The translations under genes and the position numbers were made by a program. Below, piece after piece: positions 1 to 7,434 of a stretch of DNA of 50,487 bases (position 1 is the stretch's first letter; each line of letters starts with the position of its first letter). The stretch is from Pyrinomonadaceae bacterium (GTDB lineage Bacteria > Acidobacteriota > Blastocatellia > Pyrinomonadales > Pyrinomonadaceae): assembly GCA_043772175.1 (NCBI GenBank), contig JAYVGL010000167.1:1-50487 (forward strand), in the 5' to 3' direction. Below the pieces are notes generated by a model that searched no databases, was not told the origin of the DNA, and saw only the letters and a list, made by a program, of their open reading frames with translations.

Positions 1-366
1 CTGGCGGAAGACATCGGAAAAAAATTAGAAGTCGGGGCGCATCTGGCGGAGTTGCGGCGGACGAAAGCGGGCAAATTCGATATATCGAAAGCCGTCACGC
101 TCGCAGAATTGGAAATCATCGCGTCCGAAAATCGTGTGAGCGACGTTTTAGTTTCGATGAACGAAGCCGTTTCGCATCTGCCGCAGATTATCCTGGACGA
201 AAAGGAAATCGCCGACACAAAAAACGGCAAGCCGCGGCGATGTGAAAACGCCGCGCTCGAAGATCATCAAACGGTGCGAATGATTGACGAAGCGGACAAT
301 TTAATTGCCGTCGGTTTTTATAAAAGCGCGGAAAAATCCATCCAGCCGAAACTCGTTTTGGTGTAA
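1..366 (+). CDS. truB: tRNA pseudouridine(55) synthase TruB, C-terminal fragment (5' end lies outside the window)
   Basis: Frame 1 is open from base 1 (LAEDIGKKLEVGAHLAELRRTKAGKFDIS...). The PUA-like C-terminal region is typical of TruB. Stop TAA at 364-366. Confidence 0.8.
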   Translation: MAEDIGKKLEVGAHLAELRRTKAGKFDISKAVTLAELEIIASENRVSDVLVSMNEAVSHLPQIILDEKEIADTKNGKPRRCENAALEDHQTVRMIDEADNLIAVGFYKSAEKSIQPKLVLV

Positions 367-389
367 AATCAGCAGAGAGAGAATTTTTT

Positions 390-1385
390 ATGAACAAAAA
401 GAATCTGGCTTTGGGAATCGGCGGCGCATTGGGCGCAATCGTCGCGGTGAAAATGCTTTCGCGGGCGAAGACGGTCGCGTGGGAAACGGTTTCCGATAAA
501 ATCGAACACGCGGAGAATTCGCACTTCGTCGAAATTGACGGCGCGACGATTCATTATCAGGAATTCGGCGAACGAACCAACCCGACGCTACTTTTAATTC
601 ACGGCTACACGGCTTCGACTTACGTTTGGAAAACGGTCGCGCCGATGTTCGCGGCGCAGAAGTTTCACGTGGTTGCGGTTGATTTGGTCGGCTTCGGTTT
701 TTCAGATAAACCGACGTGGTTCGACTACACCATCGCCTCGCAAGCCCGCGTCATCGAGCGTTTGATGAACCGGCTCGGCATTGGGAAGGCGACGGTCGTC
801 GGGAGTTCTTACGGCGGAGCGGTGGCGGCGACGCTCGCTTTGGATTACGCGGAGCGCGTCGAAAAACTCGTGATGGTCGGGGCGGTGGCGAACGACGAAG
901 TTCTCGACAATCCGATTTTGAAGCTTGCTTCGGTTCCGATTCTCGGCGAAATTTTCACGCCGTTTATGATTGATTCAAAAGCGTTGGCAAAAACGCGGAT
1001 GAAGCGGACGCTCGCGCCGGAGAGTCAGCATTTAATTACCGACGAGCGCGTCGAAGCGGTTATTCGTCCGCTCAAAGCCAAAGACGCGCATCATTCCGTG
1101 CTGGCCTCGGCACGCAATTGGGACGCGAACCGCATCGGCGAAGACGCGCATTTAATCAACCAGCCGACGCTTCTGCTCTGGGGCGAAGACGACGAAATTA
1201 TTCCGCTTTACAACGGCGAAAATCTCTACGATGCCATCGTTCATTCGCGGCTCGTCGTTCTGAAAAACTGCGGGCATCTGCCGCCGGAGGAAAAACCCGA
1301 AAGATTCGTCGCGCTCGTCGGCGAATTTTGCCGCGACCGCAAAGGCATCGTCCACGCGGAAGCGAGCGAACGGCTCAGTGCCTGA
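390..1385 (+). CDS. alpha/beta-fold hydrolase
   Basis: HG motif (LIHGYTAS), nucleophile elbow GSSYG, and C-terminal NCGHLPPEE carrying the catalytic His. The length (331 aa) is typical of the fold. Confidence 0.9.
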   Translation: MNKKNLALGIGGALGAIVAVKMLSRAKTVAWETVSDKIEHAENSHFVEIDGATIHYQEFGERTNPTLLLIHGYTASTYVWKTVAPMFAAQKFHVVAVDLVGFGFSDKPTWFDYTIASQARVIERLMNRLGIGKATVVGSSYGGAVAATLALDYAERVEKLVMVGAVANDEVLDNPILKLASVPILGEIFTPFMIDSKALAKTRMKRTLAPESQHLITDERVEAVIRPLKAKDAHHSVLASARNWDANRIGEDAHLINQPTLLLWGEDDEIIPLYNGENLYDAIVHSRLVVLKNCGHLPPEEKPERFVALVGEFCRDRKGIVHAEASERLSA

Positions 1386-1475
1386 ATTTTTATTATTTTT
1401 TACAACTTAAACCGCGCGCCCGACTTCCAAAGTGCGGCTTAATAACCGCTCTCCCGCGCCTTTGGAGGAAAAATT

Positions 1476-1880
1476 ATGAAAACGATACTTTTAACTTTAA
1501 TTCTAACGCTTTTGTTCGGGAGTGCGGTGCTGGCGAACGGGCAAAAAACCGACGCGCCGCTTCAGGTTCGTGTCGGAAAACAGAAAAAATTTTCGCGCAG
1601 TAAAGTCAGCGTCAAATTCGTCTCCCTGGTTGAAGATTCGCGCTGTCCCGAAGGTGTCAACTGCGTCTGGGCGGGCAATGCGCGAATCACGGTGCAGATT
1701 ACCGAACCGGGCGGCGCGGGCGAAATCTTTGATATGAACACGAATCTCGGCGCAAAAGGCGCGACTTTCGCCGGCTACGCGGTTAATTTAACCAGCCTCA
1801 CCCCGACTCCGAAAGAAAACGTGCGAATCAACAAAAACGGCTACACGGCGACGTTTTCCATCGTGCGGATGACGCGGTAG
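1476..1880 (+). CDS. small exported protein of unknown function
   Basis: GGAGG lies 7 nt upstream of the ATG. Signal peptide MKTILLTLILTLLFGSAVLA. Confidence 0.7.
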   Translation: MKTILLTLILTLLFGSAVLANGQKTDAPLQVRVGKQKKFSRSKVSVKFVSLVEDSRCPEGVNCVWAGNARITVQITEPGGAGEIFDMNTNLGAKGATFAGYAVNLTSLTPTPKENVRINKNGYTATFSIVRMTR

Positions 1881-1983
1881 AAAATTTCGGCTTTTTTCGC
1901 CTATCTTCACAGCCGCAGTGAAGTATTAAAGTGTTCGACGAAAAGTGTTTCGGCGGTTGAGAAGTATAACTGACAATTTAAAA

Positions 1984-2847
1984 TCAGTAATTTGCTTTTA
2001 ATTCATCAACCATTTTAACCGCACCTTCGATGTCGCCTTTATAGACTATCTGCCCGTTTCGGTTGATGACAAAAGTCGTCGGATAACCTTTCACGCCAAA
2101 TTTTTCAGCTAAATCTTCGTCTGTCGTAACGACTACCGGAAAACCGTATCCCTCTTGACGAATATCGTCAAAGGCTTGATTCGGTTTATCTTCTTCAATC
2201 GGTTTATTAACGGCTAAAATCATTACGGACGAATCGTTTTTATATTTGTCGTAAACGCCTTGAACTTGCGGAAATTTCTCGAAACAAATTCCGCAACGTG
2301 TGAACCAAAAATCGAGTAAAACGATTTTATTTCTGAAATTCTCATCCGCGACGAAAATTTTTTGTTCGTCAAATGCTTCAAATTTTGTTGGCAAATTATA
2401 CGCCCGAACTTTTGCGGTATAAGTTCCATAGTTAATTCTATGAATCCAGTAATCCCAACCTTGAAAAAACATAAACACTACGAAGCAACTACTTAAGGAA
2501 AAAAACAGGATATTTTTCGGTAATTTATTTTTGTAGTAGAAGTAAGCAGAAATAACGCCTAAGCAATAGGTAATTACTACTGGTAAAGTGTAAGGATCAC
2601 CCTTCAAAAACGTGAAGATCGTATATAATTGAAGGGGAAACATTGTTCCGAAAATAATTGCTACAATTGAAATCACCGGCAGTTTTCTACTGAAAACTTT
2701 GAAAAAAAATAATGTGAGGTAAAAATAGCCGATAAATGAGAGTAAGGTAATAAAGTAAACTTTATTTGAAATAAACGGTATTGACAACGGCATTACCAAA
2801 GAAACTAAAAGTATTACAGCGAATGCTTCGAGGATGGCTTTATACAT
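1984..2847 (-). CDS. polytopic membrane protein fused to a TlpA/ResA-like thioredoxin-fold thiol-disulfide oxidoreductase
   Basis: Several N-terminal TM helices are followed by LLDFWFTRCGICFEKFP (CxxC = CGIC) and KGYPTTFVI (cis-Pro loop). ATG at 2847 (MYKAILEAF) is preferred over the longer track ORF. The gene is strongly AT-rich. Confidence 0.85.
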   Translation of the reverse strand: MYKAILEAFAVILLVSLVMPLSIPFISNKVYFITLLSFIGYFYLTLFFFKVFSRKLPVISIVAIIFGTMFPLQLYTIFTFLKGDPYTLPVVITYCLGVISAYFYYKNKLPKNILFFSLSSCFVVFMFFQGWDYWIHRINYGTYTAKVRAYNLPTKFEAFDEQKIFVADENFRNKIVLLDFWFTRCGICFEKFPQVQGVYDKYKNDSSVMILAVNKPIEEDKPNQAFDDIRQEGYGFPVVVTTDEDLAEKFGVKGYPTTFVINRNGQIVYKGDIEGAVKMVDELKANY

Positions 2848-2865
2848 ATAAAAATTTTTGAGGCG

Positions 2866-2893
2866 AAAAAGGCAGTAGAAATACTGCCTTTTT
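2866..2893 (-). terminator. hairpin terminator between the two low-GC island genes
   Basis: AAGGCAGTA (2869-2877) pairs with TACTGCCTT (2882-2890) around a GAAA loop. An A-run on one side and a T-run on the other make it usable on either strand. Confidence 0.7.
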
Positions 2894-2932
2894 CGAGTAA
2901 GTTTTCGTCGAATCGCAAATCCCAATTACTGA

Positions 2933-3938
2933 CTAACCGCACAAATAGTTACATCTTGTTGTGCCATATGGTCCGCAATCCCCAACAGGTGAACTCTGAC
3001 AACCATTCGGTGCACCGCAAGAAGGGTCTCCTTCACAATAAAAATTACAGTTGCAGACGCCAGCCCTTGGGTTCTCGGTAGTGACAGGTTCGTCTTTCAC
3101 GTATTTCTGAATTCCAAGCGACATAAAAACTGCGAATCCTTCCTCTTTAGTAAAAGCATTTAAAATGCTTGACAGCAAAAGTTCCTCAGCTTTGGATTCT
3201 TCTTCTTTTGTAAGATTCAAACGGGCGGTAAAAGTTTCAGGAGATAATGTTGTCAGCATCTCTAAAACAAACTCGTTTTGAAATTTTGCAAATTTTCCTG
3301 TAGCTAAATGATACGCCAACTGAGTTTTCCAGATGTTTACCCGATCATTTACAAACATCTCTTTGACAATCTTCCTTCTCGCTTTCATTCCATTCTTCAG
3401 CAAATCCTCATACTTCTGTAAGAGTGTCACTTCTTCATCTTTGCTTGTGTTCAAAGGCTCAACAAAATCGCCTGCCTCCTTGGACGGAAACAACCCGAAG
3501 GCTCTGTTTATCATCTCTAGTCCGCTTTGCTCATTGCGTTTTACTTTTTCAGGATCGGATTTCTCGTAAATATCAGCGGAAACTTTTGAGATTGCGTCTA
3601 AAACAAATTCTCGCTGCTCTTTTGTCATGTTCGGTCGCTTGATGAACTGTAAAGCCAGATTAACTCTTATAAAAGATGCTTTTTGTTCGTTAGATAGTTT
3701 TGAAAATGATGAGCGTCTTTCTTTTGCTGGTAAAGATGCCACTCTCACAAAGTCTCCATACGCCTCGTTGTTTACAGAGATGGATGAAGGTAAAACAAGT
3801 TTCCTGAAGCATTTCGATTGAGGTTGTTCAATTTTCGGAGAGTCTTGCTTTTGAGCAGAAACGGTTGTTGGAAATGTGCTTAAAAGCACGCCGACGGTAA
3901 AAAGCGCAAGTAACGCTAAGTTGTTTTTTTTTGTTCAT
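2933..3938 (-). CDS. exported protein with an 8-Cys C-terminal tail (bacteriocin-like candidate); reading frame broken at an A9 run after the start codon
   Basis: GGAGG lies 8 nt upstream of ATG 3938. With one A fewer the N-terminus reads MNKKNNLALLALFTVGVLLSTFPTTVSAQ, a signal peptide. The body ORF is 2933..3889. The last 40 aa are VCNCNFYCEGDPSCGAPNGCQSSPVGDCGPYGTTRCNYLCG. Confidence 0.6.
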
Positions 3939-4104
3939 TTAAGTTGCCTCCAGAATTTTAGATTGATTTTTGGTGTGAACGAAAATAAGGCGAAACCGTT
4001 GCAAATCGGAAATTTCCAATTCTTAGAAGTCGGCAAAGTTTTCACGAATTTTGTTTACAATCTGGTTTATACTCTTTTTTAAGCTGAATTTCAAGAAAAA
4101 TTTT

Positions 4105-5454
4105 ATGAGCAGAAAAAGCATTTTAGTCGTTGACGACGAGAAAAGTCAGCGCGAGATTTTGGAGATGATACTGTCGGGCGAAGGCTACGATGTCACGATG
4201 GCTTCGTCTGGGGAGGCGGCGATGAAGTTTGTCGCCGACCGGCATTTTGATCTGGTTTTGACTGATTTGAAAATGACGGGAATGAGCGGTCTGGATTTGC
4301 TGAAAGAGTTGACTGATTTCGATAAGTCTATTATCGTCCTGCTTTTAACGGCGCACGGGACGGTTGATTCCGCCGTTGACGCGCTGCGTTTGGGCGCGTT
4401 CGATTTTTTGCAGAAACCTTACGACCGCGACAAACTGCTCGAAACTATCTCACGCGCACTGAACAAACTTTCGGCACTCGATTCGGAAATCGTCTCCGAT
4501 TCGCCGGAGATGGATAAGGTGAAAAAACTGATCTTGAAGGTGGCGAAGTCGAACTCGACCGTTTTGATTCGCGGCGAATCGGGAACGGGCAAGGAATTAA
4601 TCGCCCGCGCCATTCATAAAAACTCGCTGCGGACGAGCGAAGTTTTTCAAGCCGTCAACTGCGCGGCGATCAACGAAAATCTGCTCGAAAGCGAACTTTT
4701 CGGACACGAAAAAGGAAGTTTTACGGGCGCGGTCGGCGAGAAAAAAGGTTTGTTTGAAATCGCCGACAACGGCACGCTTTTCCTTGACGAAATCGGCGAA
4801 CTCGATATTTCACTGCAAGCGAAAATTCTCCGCGCTTTGCAGGAAAAGCAAATTCGGCGGGTTGGCGGCATTCGTGAAATTGACGTTGACGTGCGCGTCG
4901 TTACGGCGACGAACCGCGATCTGCTGAAGATGTCGCAGGAAGGACGTTTCCGCGAAGATTTATATTATCGCCTGAACGTGCTTTCGATTGAGTTGCCCGC
5001 GCTGCGGGAGCGGCGTTCGGACGTTCCGGTGCTGATTGATTATTTTTTGGCGAAACACACACGCGGCACGAACCGGAAAGTCGCACTCGATAAAGATGCG
5101 CGGCGAATCTTGGAAAATTACGGTTATCCAGGCAACGTCCGCCAGCTCGAATCGGCACTCGAACGCGCCGTTCTATTGTGCGAAAACAACACGATCACGG
5201 CGGAAGATTTGCCGCCGGAGATGTCGCAGTCGGCGAGACCTTCGTCGGCAAATGATTTGTTCAAACTGCCCGCCGAAGGCATCAATTTTGAAGATGTCGA
5301 GCGCAGTTTGATAATGCAGGCGATGGAGCGAACCGATAATAACATCACGAAATCGGCGAAACTTTTGGGTTTGACGTTTCGGACTTTGCAATACCGATTG
5401 GAAAAATTCGGCTACAAGAAAGACGCGGGCGCGGAAGCGGAAGACGAGGCGTAA
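4105..5454 (+). CDS. sigma-54-dependent Fis-family response regulator (NtrC-like)
   Basis: Receiver domain (ILVVDDE ... LVLTDLKMTGMSG), AAA+ Walker A GESGTGKE, GAFTGA-type loop GSFTGA, Walker B LFLDEIGE, and C-terminal HTH NITKSAKLLGLTFRTLQYRL. ATG 4105 (MSRKSILVVDD) is preferred. Confidence 0.93.
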   Translation: MSRKSILVVDDEKSQREILEMILSGEGYDVTMASSGEAAMKFVADRHFDLVLTDLKMTGMSGLDLLKELTDFDKSIIVLLLTAHGTVDSAVDALRLGAFDFLQKPYDRDKLLETISRALNKLSALDSEIVSDSPEMDKVKKLILKVAKSNSTVLIRGESGTGKELIARAIHKNSLRTSEVFQAVNCAAINENLLESELFGHEKGSFTGAVGEKKGLFEIADNGTLFLDEIGELDISLQAKILRALQEKQIRRVGGIREIDVDVRVVTATNRDLLKMSQEGRFREDLYYRLNVLSIELPALRERRSDVPVLIDYFLAKHTRGTNRKVALDKDARRILENYGYPGNVRQLESALERAVLLCENNTITAEDLPPEMSQSARPSSANDLFKLPAEGINFEDVERSLIMQAMERTDNNITKSAKLLGLTFRTLQYRLEKFGYKKDAGAEAEDEA

Positions 5455-5487
5455 GCGGGTTAAAATCCGCGTGTGAGGTGAGAAATT

Positions 5488-5736
5488 ATGTTGACGATTG
5501 AAGGGATTTATAAAGACGGCAAAATCGAGTTGCTCGAAACCGTGTCCGAGATGAAGCAGTCAAAAGTTTTGATAACTTTTATCGAGAACAGCGATGTTGA
5601 CTTACAAACTTTAGGCATTGGTCGGGAGGAAGCCGGGGATTTGCGCGAAAAGTTTGCGGCTTTTGAAGATTGGAACGATCCCGCGCTCGACGTTTACGAC
5701 GATTATGACAACGCCAAATCAGCCCTCGGCGAATAA
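5488..5736 (+). CDS. putative antitoxin (DUF104-like N-terminus)
   Basis: GAGGTGAG ribosome-binding site. The N-terminus IEGIYKDGKIELLE resembles the DUF104 antitoxin family. The C-terminus is acidic, and a MazF-like gene lies immediately downstream and overlaps. Confidence 0.65.
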   Translation: MLTIEGIYKDGKIELLETVSEMKQSKVLITFIENSDVDLQTLGIGREEAGDLREKFAAFEDWNDPALDVYDDYDNAKSALGE

Positions 5737-6079
5737 AATAGAACGCAGCAGTGTTGTATTGCTGCCGTTTCCGAATTCGGATTTGCGGACTGCTAAACTG
5801 CGCCCCGCTTTAGTCATTCAGGCGGACGGATTAGAAACCGGACTGGAGCAGATTATCTTGGCGATGATTAGCAGTAACTTGAGTCGCGCCGAACATCAAT
5901 CACGAATTCTAATTGAGACGAAAACAGAAGCGGGAAAACAAAGCGGACTGCTTTTCGACTCGGTGATAATGACCGGCAATTTGGCAACGGTCGCTTCGCC
6001 GAGAGTTACGAGAATTATCGGAAAACTAGAAGCGATGCGCGACGTTAACGACGCTCTGCGCCACACCCTTAAATTGTAA
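5705..6079 (+). CDS. PemK/MazF-family toxin (endoribonuclease type)
   Basis: SSVVLLPFPNSDLRTAKLRPALVI matches the MazF/PemK N-terminal beta-strand motif. The size is about 124 aa. ATG 5705 overlaps the upstream gene by 32 nt. Confidence 0.75.
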   Translation: MTTPNQPSANKIERSSVVLLPFPNSDLRTAKLRPALVIQADGLETGLEQIILAMISSNLSRAEHQSRILIETKTEAGKQSGLLFDSVIMTGNLATVASPRVTRIIGKLEAMRDVNDALRHTLKL

Positions 6080-6120
6080 GAAAAGAGCCATTGTGAAACG
6101 ATTTTTCTGAAAACGATCTT

Positions 6121-7350
6121 ATGTCGAGCAAAACAAATTATACGGCGGCTTGGCTTTTTTTACCGGCAATCGCTTTGGCGGTTTTCGCAATCACGGCGAT
6201 TCCGGTGTGGCTGATTCAGCCGTTTGCGCCGCAGACGGAGAACGCGCTGCAAATTTCGTATTTTTTGAAATCGTGGTCGCCGATTTTTACATTAGCGGCG
6301 TTGTTCACGTCTATTGCGCTAATTGTTTTTCTCTGGCGCAATTTAAAGCGTCGGTTCGCCAAAGCGTTGCTGTTTTTCCCGCTCATCACCATTTTGCCGT
6401 GCGTCTGGTTTGCGCGGCAGAATCATTTTGAATGGATGTTTAATCCGCTCGATCAAACCGCGTTTACGACGGTGAGCGAAGCCGATTTCGTGGCGGATGA
6501 CGAGATGGTTTTGGCGGTCAAAATAAATGGTGAAGCGGTCGCTTATCCGGTGCGGCAGATGGCTTATCACCACGTCGTCGCGGATGTCGCCGGCGGACAG
6601 CCGATTACGGCGACTTACTGAACGCTCTGCCACACGGGAATTGTGTGGCAGTCCGTCGTGAACGGGCAGACTTTGAGATTTCGCCTTGCCGGAATCAACA
6701 ACCAAAATTTTATAATGCGCGACGAAGAAACCGGCTCGTGGTGGCAGCAGGTTTCGGGCGAAGCGATTCAAGGTTCGCTCAAAGGTCAGAAACTCGAAAA
6801 CGTCGCTATGGACGAACTGACTTTCGCTGTTTGGAAGCGCGAAAATCCGAGCGGGCGCGTTTTGCGTCCCGATGAAAAGATTTTGGCAGCGAACAAATAT
6901 GAAGCGGCGGATTGGGAAAACGAGGTGGCGAAAATGCCGGTGAGAATCGGCGATAGATTAGATAAAACGCTGGAGCCGCGCACTTTGATTGTCGGCATCT
7001 CCGTTAACGGCAAAACCAAAGCGTATCCGTTTTCGGCGGTCGAGAAACAATCGCCGATTTTAGATTCGGTCGGCGGCACGGCGATATTGATTGTGCTTAA
7101 CGAAGATAAAAAATCGGTTCGCGCTTTTGAAAGAACGGTTGACGGGAAAACTCTGGAATTTTTCGTCAAGCCGGAAACTGCCGAAGTCGTTGACGCGGAA
7201 ACGGGCAGCGTTTGGAATTTTGCGGGCGAGGCGACGGGCGGCGAAGCGACGGGCAAACAGCTTAAGCAAATCCAAGTTTTGAAAGATTACTGGTTCGACT
7301 GGAAAAACTACAATCCCGAAACGCAGCTTTACGCGCCCGGTTCCCGCTGA
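6121..7350 (+). CDS. membrane-anchored DUF3179 protein with a single in-frame TGA (6619-6621); candidate selenoprotein, otherwise a pseudogene
   Basis: ORFs 6121..6621 and 6643..7350 share one frame (522 nt apart). The junction reads ITATY-TGA-TLCHTGIVWQSV. Both DUF3179 halves are present (ING.AVAYP, RDEETGSWWQQVSGEAIQG, DAETGSVWNFAGEA). Confidence 0.6.
6627..6651 (+). promoter_or_regulatory. candidate bacterial SECIS hairpin
   Basis: CTGCCACAC (6627-6635) pairs perfectly with GTGTGGCAG (6643-6651). The 7-nt loop is GGGAATT. The stem begins 5 nt after the TGA. Confidence 0.5.
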
Positions 7351-7434
7351 TTTCGATTGAGTTGCAACATATAGAAAACTGATGCGGCGGAAAGATTTTT
7401 CGATTCCGAACGCGATTTGAAACAACGTGAAAAT

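Noticed and set aside
1984-4050. The low-GC island might be called a mobile element.
   Set aside because: I see no integrase, transposase, tRNA attachment site or flanking direct repeats. Only the composition and gene content suggest foreign origin, so it is reported as a finding rather than as a mobile element feature.
6619-6621. The in-frame TGA might reflect an alternative genetic code in which TGA is read as Trp or Gly.
   Set aside because: TGA terminates well-defined genes elsewhere in the window. Examples are the alpha/beta hydrolase at 1383-1385, the photolyase at 8857-8859 and tsaD at 35341-35343. TGA is therefore a normal stop in this genome.
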